The notes below the pieces were generated by a model. It had not been told where the DNA came from. It did not search any database and worked only from the letters and a program-made list of their open reading frames with translations. From NCBI GenBank assembly GCA_012295275.1, contig CM022673.1:21886001-21950000 (forward strand): DNA of 64,000 nt, written 5' to 3'. The position numbers and the translations under genes are program-made. Origin of the DNA: Chrysomallon squamiferum. Taxonomy: Eukaryota > Animalia > Mollusca. Below, one piece after another: positions 30,984-42,400 of the stretch (position 1 is the first letter of the stretch; each line of letters begins with the position of its first letter).

Positions 30984-31318
30984 GACGATGATGGTAATGA
31001 CGATGATGATGATGATGAGAAAAGAAAAGTGCAGTGTGTGTGTTAAGCCTTAGTCCAGAGTTCTAACCACTGAGCTAAACCAGCTCTCTAAATCAGAGAC
31101 CATCAGTACCTTAATAAATAATTTTGTTTTGAAATTATTTTTTTTTTTCACTTTGATTCTTATATCAAGATGCTGAACACAATACCACAGAAAAGAGACT
31201 CAATAGTTAATTCATAAAATATTAGAGAAGACCTTGTTGACATATCTACGACGTTTGAACATTAATTGTTCATCAAAGTCAAATCTTTCTGGATAAAAAC
31301 AGGCTACAACGCAGATCC

Positions 31319-31405
<87 letters not shown>

Positions 31406-31416
31406 AGGGAGGGAGG

Positions 31417-31475
<59 letters not shown>

Positions 31476-31481
31476 AGGGAG

Positions 31482-31563
<82 letters not shown>

Positions 31564-34408
31564 TTGTTGTCATATGAAGCTTGACATTTTTTAACAGAGA
31601 TTAAGAGGTGGCTAAGGTTAATACTTGTTACTGAGTTTATATAATTATCAAATATTTAATTATATTTATAACTATGACGATGACGAAGAAAATGTTAGAA
31701 GCAATTTCAGGAACAAAGATGGGTATAAATTAGTTTTGTCACGTACCTCACAGAGGTTACCTAACTTGTAATATATCACTAATAAAGTCTCGCAGACATG
31801 TACGCGTCTTCATATATGTACGTTCAGCATTTAACAGCTTTGTTGTGCTACATGCTTTTGAATCAGTGAATAAACCGCTTAATCTATTATTATTTTTTCA
31901 GAGGTTTGTATCTTTTCAATCAAATTTCTTTGTGAGTGACGTGTCTTTAACTCGCATTGACGCGAATCAAGATTTGTGCGAAGAAAATAATGAAAACTTC
32001 TAAATGTGTGACCACAGTGACCTATAAACCATATTTGTTTCAGAACGTTGATGTTCCCGTCAACAAAACATTCGGACAGACTCGTCATAAATGGCAGAAG
32101 CTGTGTATCGACAATGACGCTATATGTAATTGTACATAATTGTTGTTCTGCCTGAAGTCATTAGAACGAAAACTATACAGACATTTCAAATACCACATAA
32201 TAAACAGAGCTAAGTCATGTATAATGCTATCACTGCTACTATCAGTACCATGGACAGTAATTATCAGTACTATAGACAGTAATACACTATAAATACTACA
32301 GACAGTAATACACTATAAATACTATATCACTACTGGTCATAATAATACTTTATCAATACAATTGACAATATTGCGTTATCATTACTAGTGACAGTAATTC
32401 CCTAACAATACTACAAATAGTAATACTCAATCAACGATTACTAATAGTAATTAACAGTAATACAGATAGTTTTAATCGATCAATCAACACAACTCATAAC
32501 AATACTCTATCAGTTCTACTGACAGCAAATCTGTCAATACTTCTTATATTAATAGCAATACTCTACTAACACTACTGGCAGTAAACCTAACCCAAAATTA
32601 ACAGAATACTTTATGGGTTGAGGGCAGTAAAGGGTACATTTGATTCTCTATGCGGATTAGAATATGCCTGTTGCAACTACTGCTAACACCGATAACACTA
32701 AAACTACCACTACTACCATTGCGACAACAACAGCTACTACTACTTCTACTACTAATACTACTATTGCTACTGCTATTACTACAAATAATATTATTACTAC
32801 CATTACTATTCCTACACCTGCTATTAATATTACTAAAAATAAATAAATAAATAAGTGCTAAAACAGTTATCTTGAATGACATCATAAAACGTCGGAGGTG
32901 TGATGATAAACATAGAATTAGTCGCGTTTGGCCTGTATTTTTAGCTGACCTACTTACGTGTCACACGTTTAGAGAAGCGATAAATTAAAACAGCCATCGT
33001 TCTCGACTGTCATTATATTTATGGACTTTATTATGATAATTACATTTTTTATTTCATTTTGCTTTTATCAGTTATTATTAATTTTTATCGTTTGTTATTA
33101 TTAAAAAATTTTTACTGACAGTACTGTATTCAGATATTTGTTAGATATGCTAAATAAAAAGTGGCATGTCAGCATAAATCAGGTACAAAAATACATACGT
33201 ACACATATATACAAACACAAAAATAAACGTACATACAAACATACATACATATATATCTATACTATTTTTTATTATGCATTATTTTTTGTCTGTTTTCGCA
33301 TTTGGTGTGTGCGCGCACACAAGTGCGAAAACAGACAAAAAATAATGCATAATAAAAACACACACACACACACACAAATGCGAAAACAGACAAAAAATAA
33401 TGCATAATAAAAACACACACACACACACACAAATGCGAAAACAGACAAAAAATAATGCATAATAAAAAACACACACACACACACACATATCTTTTCTTCT
33501 TTTTTTTTAAATCCATTACGCATCATCTAGAATTCTGAAATGAATTTTCAGAAACATTCGTTATGAGACTGTTAAAAGCAAAATAAATAAAGCTGTTTTA
33601 TTTACCTGTCAGGTATTTGTGGGAGTGGTGCTTCTCGATACTGACCACCTAAGTAGTATTGATAAAGAATCCACGCAGAACGAGTTTTATTGGTGCTTTT
33701 ATTAACAGAAATCAAATATTTTGAGTAAAAAGAAAAAGAAAACGTAAAAATATTTTTTTTTATTATTGTTATTGAAGACAGAATTAAAAAAAAAAATAAA
33801 ATAAAATAAAAGCCTTCGGTGATGAAGAACTAATGTTTCCAGTACATTTTAAACATTTCCCATCTAACATCATGCAGAGTAGACAGTGAATCTTGGTTAA
33901 GTCATAAAACCCTAGAGACACATCACTGAAGAGTGACAAAGGAACTAACGTTGTAATTTTGTATTCTGGTAGGATTATCAATTTTGCAAGATAGTGAGTA
34001 GCACAACTTCGGAAAATTGTCGTTTTAATTGTTTAACTGTCTTATGGATTAAAAATAAACGATAAACACCTCTGATTGAATTACACCACAATCCTTGCTT
34101 ATTAATAATAATATTAGTCGGACAGTAAAGCAGCCTAATTCACTGATTTTCAGATGTATTAAAACAAACACGCTAACACTCTTACACTCATTGTTTTGCT
34201 TAATGTCTTAACTTAGTGTTTGTAGTAAATTTTTGTGATACCAAGTTAACCACTATAACTAGTAATAACATCTTGTGTAAGTTTGGTCTTGTATGTTATT
34301 ATTACTACTTCTACTAACAAGTAGAAACAAGTACTAATAATAATAATACTGGTAGTATTACTACAAATGATATTACCCAGATTATTATTATTATTATTAT
34401 TGTTATTG

Positions 34409-34457
<49 letters not shown>

Positions 34458-36114
34458 GGTCGTCGTCGTTGTTGTTGTTACTGTTTTAATTCCTGTATAT
34501 GTTGATAATATTAACAGTTTTGAAGAGATATGAACTATAACAAACTTATTGATTTACTTTTTTTTATGCGGAACGTCTTTCCATGCTTTTGTAGGTCTGA
34601 AAGAACTTTCCGGATAAAACATTCATTTCTGAAGCCAAACAGTTTCATTAATAATCATCAACATAAAACTCGTGAGGAAAATCTTTAACTAATTGTAAAA
34701 CAAGTGTACTTAAACAAGAATTTCTACGACGTGATCGTATTTTTTGCAGAAAGAAACGTAACGTCGCTATCGGCGACATTTTTATGGATATTTCAATAAT
34801 GTTGTCCACAAATCCAAAGTTAAAACTTTCGTGTAAAACGAAAAAAGCGTTCAAAGAACTTTATCAGCTGAAGTTTCGAAATGTACTTTTAGTTATATAT
34901 TTAATTATACAACATGACTGATATAGTATTTAAAAGTGATGCTTAAAAAGCTACATTCAAAATCTTAAAGAAAAGAACATAATTATATTAAATCAATCCT
35001 AAATGTATTTAAATTTTGCTTAGTATTCTTTTTACATGGCGTTTTTGTTTAAATAGACAGACAGTGAGACAGAGGTAGAGAGAATTTGTACAAAAAACGT
35101 TTTATTTTGGGAAATTATAAAGGAACACTTTTTAAGGGATGGATCATTGTATGGAAAATCATAGTTAAGTAAAGTTACATGAAGCGGGGTAAATAGCTAA
35201 CTGAGCCTGAAATTATTAATTACTGCTAAAATGAAATACTAATCTGTTAGCAAAGTGCGTGTTTGTGACAGTGTTAAACTGTAGCATGTGATCGGCACAC
35301 AGGATCTAACATTAAAATGTGGAGAAATTTCAAGCAGTTAGTGTTTGTCTTTATAACTGGATGGGTGGAAAACATTAAGTCTGCGGTGATATTTGTTGTG
35401 CATGTCTGTCTTCGTGTGTGTGTTTGAGTGTATTTGTGCATGTGTTTGTGTGTGTATGTGTGTGTGTATGTGTGTGTGTGTTTGTGGAGCGTTTGTGTTT
35501 GTACGTGTTTATTAAAGTAAATGTAACACCTATATATCAACCTTCAAACACATGCATAGTAATGTATACGTATCTAAAAAAAGATATTACATATTAAGTA
35601 TACTTTCGTGCAACTTTTTTATTCACGTGCTTTATGAAAAGATAAGAAGTTATTTGGGTTTCATAGACTTACCCGCCGGGTTACTCTGTTCTATGTAAGG
35701 TGGACATTTGATGATCGCATCGTCGCCAGCTTGTGTATCCTTAAAACATCCGAAACCATCCCAAGTTCTAGGACAGTACTTTTCATCTTTGAACGGTGGT
35801 GGTGGGTCCGAGTTTTGTTGGATACAACAGTTTATGGCGTTCCTGCAACACGACGTCCAGCGTTCACAGTTGAAATCAGTCAAAGTGCTGCAAACGGTGT
35901 GAGCGATTGTTTTGTTCTGGATATCTGGAGTGATGACAGTTCCGGGTGGATAGCGAGACCCGTTTATTGCCACAAGCTCGGGATTCGGAAGATTAGCTAG
36001 CAAATCCGAGTTGTCGTGAAACAAGTAGGAGTAACACATCGTGCACGTCCACAATTTGAAAGCAGACAAAGGGAATGAACCGTATCTGTCCCGACAAATC
36101 ATTGCTGTGTACAT
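6963..36114 (-). CDS. Class B1 (secretin-family) GPCR, calcitonin/CGRP/DH31-receptor-like; 10 coding exons, 1407 nt, 468 aa as written
   Basis: All nine introns are GT-AG with matching phases (1,0,2,0,1,2,0,2,0). Hormone-binding domain motifs CPRTWDGFGC, CP, KLCTENGTW and WTNYTKC. TM motifs RIQLH, NFMWMFLEA, GGW, CW, KATVILVPLFGIQ and QGGVVALIFCFLNGEV. Confidence 0.93.
8333..8510 (-). CDS. GPCR coding exon 9 (TM6-ECL3-TM7): RAFKATVILVPLFGIQLLLVMYRPPPTWSGSFAFEILSKIITNTQGGVVALIFCFLNGE
   Basis: Acceptor TATCTTCAG|A, donor GAG|GTACTT; 178 nt; lies within ORF 8291..8530. Confidence 0.96.
8690..8945. repeat. Degenerate (CAGT)n tract
   Basis: Runs of CAGT/CAGC/CAAT visible in GPCR intron 8. Confidence 0.85.
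8984..9066 (-). CDS. GPCR coding exon 8 (TM5-ICL3): TNIFFLGSILWILLTQLQSHPNEPSSY(R)
   Basis: Acceptor TCTTTCAG|ACT, donor AG|GTAAAA; 83 nt. Confidence 0.93.
9643..9709 (-). CDS. GPCR coding exon 7 (ECL2-TM5): CWVHHAGGFEWIIYTPNLLCIL
   Basis: Acceptor TTTTGCAG|C, donor CTG|GTGAGT; 67 nt. Confidence 0.93.
10962..11022 (-). CDS. GPCR coding exon 6 (TM4): (A)SPLVPVIIYAIVRAVRNDG(S)
   Basis: Acceptor TTTTGTCAG|CA, donor AG|GTAAC; 61 nt. Confidence 0.93.
11126..11365. repeat. Degenerate ~40-bp minisatellite, about 6 units
   Basis: Recurring ATATCTA(A/T)ACTCAGCATT core. Confidence 0.85.
11492..11642 (-). CDS. GPCR coding exon 5 (TM3-ICL2-TM4 start): VGCRILYIASRYTWTTNFMWMFLEAFHLYRLIVHAFQVPKSLKLYFIGGW
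   Basis: Acceptor TGTTTTAG|GTG, donor TGGG|GTAAG; 151 nt. Confidence 0.95.
11631..12250. repeat. 40-bp minisatellite, about 15 units, overlapping the exon 5 acceptor
   Basis: Unit TCTACAGCCCACCTAAAACAGAAACAGTGTTTAACACATT plus a variant TCTAGAACCCATCTACATTAAAGGCGCTGTTTGACACATT. Confidence 0.95.
12753..12903 (-). CDS. GPCR coding exon 4 (ICL1-TM2-ECL1): QLRLQQRIQLHTCLFSSFMVTHIIMIMWDTLIYKDRLDKPRHETIMHANT
   Basis: Acceptor GTTTCAG|A, donor ACG|GTAAG; 151 nt. Confidence 0.95.
13399..13490 (-). CDS. GPCR coding exon 3 (TM1): NFLTLYNVGLACNAVSLILLFPACVIFVLF(R)
   Basis: Acceptor GTTACAG|AAT, donor AG|GTAGGT; 92 nt. Confidence 0.93.
16949..17046 (-). CDS. GPCR coding exon 2: (A)DATKLCTENGTWYTDPVGHKEWTNYTKCLLMD
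   Basis: Acceptor TTTACAG|CG, donor GAT|GTAAGT; 98 nt. Confidence 0.95.
18680..20640. repeat. 74-bp tandem satellite, about 26 units
   Basis: GTGAATGTAGAACGT.. recurs at 18696, 18770, 18844 and onward, with a diverged last copy at 20620; two unit-end variants. Confidence 0.97.
23527..24729. repeat. 56-bp tandem repeat, 21 full units, each with CACGTG and nearly all with CAGCTG
   Basis: Unit GACTGCCTGGTTAACTGCTCCCAGTTATACATTACACGACCACGTGGTAAACAGCT; period measured 23531 to 23587, last start 24707. Confidence 0.97.
30085..30270. mobile_element. Degenerate SINE-like interspersed repeat fragment
   Basis: GGAAGAAAATGTTTTATT...GTCAGACATATAGTTAAGGAC...GAGAGAAGAAACTCGCT...CGATTAGC...TATATGCACCAT resembles, from memory, an abundant gastropod interspersed repeat. 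Not verified by search. Confidence 0.55.
31045..31088 (-). mobile_element. tRNA-derived SINE head remnant
   Basis: Minus strand GCTGGTTTAGCTCAGTGGTTAGAACTCTGGACT contains a Pol III A-box; no B-box or cloverleaf. Confidence 0.45.
31320..31559. repeat. (GA)n/(GGGA)n microsatellite
   Basis: Directly visible. Confidence 0.95.
33266..33487. repeat. Near-perfect inverted repeat (33266-33358) followed by two more tandem copies of the right arm
   Basis: TTTTTATTATGCATTATTTTTTGTCTGTTTTCGCA is the exact reverse complement of TGCGAAAACAGACAAAAAATAATGCATAATAAAAA; centre GTGTGCGCGCACAC. Confidence 0.93.
35673..36114 (-). CDS. GPCR coding exon 1: Cys-rich N-terminal extension plus first half of the hormone-binding domain
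   Basis: ORF 35650..36114; donor GCGG|GTAAG, phase 1. An in-frame TGA lies just upstream of the ATG (TGA AGA TTT ATG), so the start is either this ATG or an unseen upstream exon. Confidence 0.9.
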
Positions 36115-36388
36115 AAATCTTCAGTAAATTGTTGACTTTTAACTGTTTCAGTTTCTAAACAGTCCCAGTGCTATTTTTCTTACAGTTATTATTTTCTGGT
36201 ATTATTTTCATCTCAGATGGTGATAGTGCACAAATTAATGCATCTTCTACTTACAGAAGTATAACTGCGGATATGACCCGCTTCTGTTCAGCGAACAGGA
36301 TTCACTGGTCCTTTGAATTAATACTTTTGATATCAGTCAATTGGCTTCCGTGTAGTTTCCTTCAAAGACAGTAGTAAAATCAGTTTGT
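36115..36388 (-). other. Probable 5' UTR part of the GPCR first coding exon, with two short uORFs
   Basis: Strong acceptor TTTGTCTTGTTTGTAG|ACA at 36389. uORFs ATG CAT TAA and MKIIPENNNCKKNSTGTV* precede the main ATG. Confidence 0.45.
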
Positions 36389-38759
36389 CTACAAACAAGA
36401 CAAATCGCAGAAACATATAATTACTTCAGTTTAGCAATTCAAACAAGTCCCAGATGGTGCAGTACAAATGAGTAAATGTTCATTCAACATGTGGACTTTC
36501 AGAGATCGAATATTCTGTAAATTATGTCGCAAGTACTATAGAATTTCGGATATTAAAAGAGGATAAATCTGAACATATGTTGAAACAACTATATATGACT
36601 TGAACTGTTGTAGAAATCTTGGAAAGCAGTTTATTTAAAATGAGCTAACGACTGCTGACTTATAAATGATTGTTCAAATTTGTTTCTATAAGCCGGGCAG
36701 AAAATCAACGTTTTTGCTATTTTCGTTTTACTTCCACGTCATTTTAGTTTATGTAGTCTTTTAAGATTTCTTTTACTGAATAATGATTAAAAAAAAGGAG
36801 TATCATCTGCAGATTACGTGATCTTTATGTGATATATTGCGAACACGTAGTTTCTTAGTGGATCGTAATTTCTGTTACATTACATTTACATTTATCAAAG
36901 CATCGAATGTTTTCGTGGTTTTTATTTATCGTGGAATTGGGTTACAGCTTAAAACGGTCTTTTTCACAGTTAAACATGAAATACTTTTATGTGGAAAATT
37001 AACTCACACTAATAAAGACCTTGTTTTATAAAGACCTGTGTTAGTCCACTCTGAAAACTAGGCACCATAAAAGGTTCGGAAAGTAGTGTTTTACTTTAAA
37101 CTTAACTGTCCAACTAGGAATCTTCTTTGTTATGCTATATTTTTGTTATGTTGTTGTTGTTATAGGTAAAAATTATAAATGTATCGTCGATTGCTCATTT
37201 CAGTTGTTTGACAAATTTTGCAACCAGTCGTCAGAGACTGGAAACTCACTCCGATATGAAACGGTGGCGGTGCTAACTGTTCTAACTTGCTATACAGTGG
37301 TCAAACACACTGATGTGTCAGCAAAACGTCCCAGGAGGGTTCTAAGCGTCATTTCCTCCTCTAAGATCTGAGCCACAGTACAGCTGTTTTACGCATTATT
37401 ATTTCTATTTTAAAAGTCCACAACTTTGTTATGTAAAATTTATTTAAAAACCAATTTGTTTTTCTCTGTACTGTATTCTGTCACAGAAACAAGTGATGTT
37501 ATTGCAGCTGAATACTGAGTCGTGTTCAAAATCTCTGTTCAAGTTTTTCTGTTATAGCACAGCCAATGGCAGTAAGTCATCAGCAGCTGACACGTGTTAA
37601 AAACAGAGTTAACAGTAATGATCAGAAACGTATGTAATAATTGCTGTAATCTGTGAATTATTGTACTGACGCTCACAGCTGCTTGACAGGTAGTTGGTAA
37701 ATAAGAACAACAGTTTTACAAAATACTCTGTACAAAACAGAAAATGTTTTTACCTTCACAACAGGTGATTTGATCTCTGTTCTCTGCACACACATTCATT
37801 ACAATTTTTTGTTACTCCACATAGTTGTATTTTCTTTTTTCTTTTGTGTTTATGAAGCGTCAAAAAACCTCGAATACAACAATTTCTTTTTTGATTTAAA
37901 TGAGCGAATTACGGAATTCTGTCATTTATCCTCTTCAACAAATAGTTATAAAATGTGAAATATCTTGTAGTCGCTTTCTAGTATGAATAAAATAGAAAAT
38001 CAGCGAATGCCTGTATTATTCGTAGTCAAATCTACATCATGTAACTGAAATGATTAGCGTCTACTGGGCGAACAGGGTCGATGACATCCGATGAGCTCGG
38101 CAATTACCGGAGTGTGGTAATGAGAGGAAACGCGGCTTCTCCGATACGTCGCCAACTGTTATTTCACCTCCTACTACCGTGTTTGTCAGACGTCACCGTA
38201 CTTGTAAATCTAAAATGTTATAAATGTCATTTTAATACATCACTGACACTTGACCTCTCTTCAGATGTATGTCACCTAAACATATCTTGACATATCTCAG
38301 TGGGATACATTTTTAGAGTTACAAAAAAATCACTAAAATTATCATAGTCTACCAATATTAAAAGAGATGTTAGTGAACCATGAAATTTATTTCTAGTCAG
38401 TACTATCTAAAATAATTATAAGACTGAAATATGTTTAGAATCTTTACAATAAATATATACACAACGATACTGTATATTTATGACACAAATGGGGAACTGG
38501 GTTTCACAAACCTGCTAAGGTCTTCTTATTCACTTAACACGGAAAACAATAATGACAAATAAGTGGGAAACATTCATTCTTATTTCAAATGTACATTGTT
38601 ATTTTTTACAAATGAAAATAGTAATAAAAATTAGTAAATAGTTTAGATATCGTAAATTTGTTAAGACTATGATGAAAAGTAAGTTGTACATACCAAATGG
38701 TGAAACCTCCTCATTTGTATTAAGTGTTTAAAGTGGACACAAGTCAAAATTATTTATAT

Positions 38760-39480
38760 CTTTGTTCTTATAAGATATGTTATTGTGAAAACTCCAGTAA
38801 ATAAGCTGAGAGGAATGCTGAAGTCGGTATAAGTCTTTTATACCATGCGATTGCCATTTGAAAGAATTGATTTGTTGTTTCGCTTCCTTTATTGACAAAT
38901 TCATTGAAAAACCATCTTACAGTGCTACTCGTAATATATCTAACAGCCAATATCCTTTCACATTCCACCAAATTACTACAGAAATGATTAACCGCCTGTT
39001 AACTAGACTGAAATCCACTTTAATCACATAAAGATGGTGAAGGCAAAGAACCTGTTCTCTGCAAGGGTTTGTCAGTTCGTCTGTTGATCACTGAAGATGG
39101 AACCAACTGATTGCATTGCTTGCGCCTGCTCATTCATCGCCGGAGCCAGCAAATACTCATAATGTTGATAGATTACCAGAAGCGTTCGTCAGCATCAAAT
39201 GACCAGTTTAATAACCTTCAATTAGATTTGCAATTTTCCATTGGGTGCAATAATTTTTCTCTTGCTAATCTTCAAACATGTACAATAGACTTAAGAAGGT
39301 ACGAGATGAAAGCGTGAGAACCGGTGCCTTGGTTTTAATAACTGCAGAATAATATTACTCAGAGAGACTTTCCCAAAAGCCTGTGTTGGAGATTCTGTTT
39401 TGTGTGTTGTCTTTCGTTCCTGACTACAACGAGAATGCTTTTTTAAACTGGATAACAATTTTAAATTCCTCTTCATTTCC
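38760..39480 (-). mobile_element. Possible decayed DNA-transposon (hAT-like) coding remnant
   Basis: Non-microsatellite block with several short broken ORFs. CSNLVECERIL resembles the S.A.CER.FS motif of the hAT dimerisation domain. Weak evidence. Confidence 0.3.
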
Positions 39481-42400
39481 CATCTATTACTGAACTTTTA
39501 ACAAAACTAATTTTCTGTTTTAATAGTTGTTGTTTGTTTTTTTTAATTGTGAGGAAACCAGCTAGTGTGGAAGAAAAAAAATAACCCGGATTTCGATTAA
39601 TCTGCGTTTGAAATATTACTCGGATATTAACTTCTATGAAAACGTAACAAAAAGCTACTAAAAAATAAATATTATCTTCTATATTTCGATAAAATAGATT
39701 AAAATAATCACTACTTTAATAAAATATTTCATCATTGTCTAAATATACGATTATTTAAAGCCCAGTCATTCATTTCAAACTATGTCCAAGTTATCTAGTT
39801 TTATTTCAAATCAAAACATTTTATTTTGCCTTCTTTCGTTAGATGTCATTTTTCTGTCATAAAAAAAAATAAATAAAGAAAGAAAAATAAAGAAAAAGAT
39901 AAAGTAAGAAAAAAGGTGTTGAAAAAGGAGCTATCGCTTTCTTACATCCAGGAATCCATGAATTTTTGTATCCAGGAATCTTAAATCTTAAATCTTTTAT
40001 ACCCGTCAATAAAGACAAATATTTTTCACACTATTTTAATTCTTTTTTTTTTTAATTTGTATTTATTTATTCAGTAGTAGTAATAGAAGTAGTAGTAATA
40101 TTAGTAGTAATAGTAGTAGTACAGGAATATTGTCAAATATTTAGAAATAAAAGAATCATGTCAAAATCAGAGGGAGAGTGTAAAAGAGTCTGTCTGTGAC
40201 AAGTATTAGGTTTCGTCTACTTAATTAGAAAAGAATCATTTTAACAACTTTATATTAACAGAGTTGAGTCGAGTGAAGTCAGTTATTAATGCGACATTTG
40301 ACTATCATCAAAACTGCTACCTCGTACCACAGATCCAAATTGTTAAGTATTAAAATGACTTGTGAATGAGTTAAGTTGCACGGATAAATTAGGAAACAGC
40401 TGTGTTAGCGACAATGACAAGACAATATTCCTCGCTTGTTCTGAACATGTTTCTAATGTGTTGTTCGTAATGGAAGGATTTAATACATGCAGAAATGAAA
40501 TCGTCTGAAGTTTTTTACGATTTCTCTTTCTTTCTTTCAGTCTAATTTTATTTTTCCTTCACTATCTTTCTTTTTTCTCTTTTCCCTTTCCTCACTTGAA
40601 TTTCTCTAGCTCTCTTTCTCTCTATGTCTTACATACATACACACACACGCATACATACTCTCTTTCTAACTAACATGCACTTTTCAATACCTTTAATCAC
40701 TTGAAGCATACACATCCTAATCTTTGATGATTTGTTAAGGCAATACTCTCAAGCTACTAAAAGATTAAATATTTTCATAAACCAGATTCACCCTTAGATA
40801 CATTCTACATCAAAGATCGCAGTAATATTATGAACTTTAATCCTTAATATGGATCGAAATTCTTTTACTAAAATATTGCATCGTTTGTGCATAAATCTTC
40901 AAAGATTAATGGGATTAGCTGTTGATGAAAATAGCTGCATCTCTGTAAAAAAAAAAACACTTCTAAAGAACCTAGTAGAATGAATTACTGATACAAATAC
41001 ATAATGTCATAATTAAGTGCTTGTGCTGTTATAAATTTTCGTATGATGATAAAATGAATGTGAAAAGAATGATTCATTATGTTACTGTGAAATAGGATGA
41101 TTAAAATGAGTCATGGTTTTACTGCGTAATGTATTTCAAGAAGTTGAGAACTCTGTCTCAGTTTGACTACATAACACATTCATAAAGTCATGCATTAAAA
41201 ATGAAACATTCCAGCTACAGTATGAGTAAAACTGAAATACACGATTTCACACACGCTTTACGGATATATTCTATTATGTAAAGAGGGGAAGCTTAAAAAA
41301 ATTTACAAAAGGAATTTGGATATTTTAAATTTACATGTCTTAATTTTAATGGAGTTTTTATTATGTGTAGAATAGAAATTATGAAAAATTCAAACACAAG
41401 GGTATATAACGACCCTGCATAGTTTTAATTCATATGTAATCACCGTAACAAGCTTGCCATGGTATTTTTTTTTATTATTATTATTAAAATTCTACTTTTT
41501 GATTTGATAACGCTATAAAATGTGCATTGTTATACATATTCAAAATCTGACTATTCACACGAATTCTTGTCAGTTTCCACATGCACATATACAGGTCTTT
41601 TTAGACCAAAAGTGTAAATGTAAATCAGAATATACTGGAAAGAGTAGTTTAGCGAAATATTAATTAACAATTTAAATGATTGCTCTCATGTATAAACCAG
41701 ATACATTAAATTTAAATTATAAAAGATACAAAATAAACTTACACACAAAATTTAATATATACATATATACAGACCAATATTTACTATGCTTTATCTGTTC
41801 AATCTGTGGATGTGCTTCTATTGTACACTGAATTATTATGTTATGTTTTTATAAATAAATGGCACAGCAATGCTGTGAAATATCGAGGTGCACAAGCATT
41901 TAAGCTTCACGACTACTGCTCTAGAAGATGAACTAAAACTAATTATCTTGTAAACGTGTCTTGAGATGCGATGAGTGACTTGTTATCGAATAGAAAATAC
42001 GAAGACATCCTTATTAATGAAATCAGTGACAAACTGCAAGTCTTTCGTTCTAAATTATCATTAAACAAAATCTGTCTGATATAGTATTTAAACAGTGTTG
42101 CGTTAATGCAATTAATGTTCAGTTGCTTCATTTATCTTATACTCACAATATACATAAATGATAATTTTAAAAGCACAATGAGTAAAAAGATACGTAATGC
42201 ATTCACACACAAACGAGTACAAACACAAACATACATCTGTGTAGTTTTTAACTCTTTTTCTATATAAATTGTGTAATTCTTTAGTATTATAATTCTTCAC
42301 GTTATAATAAAAGTTTTCTCACTGAAAAACTATTGACATCATTATATGTTCTTGTCAACCCCCATATAACTTAAATAAATCAGTAGTCAAATTTAAATAT

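Noticed and set aside
32230-32850. Thr- or Leu-rich short ORFs and a faint ~26-bp repeat
   Set aside because: Decayed (ACT)n-type low-complexity sequence with no splice or motif support.
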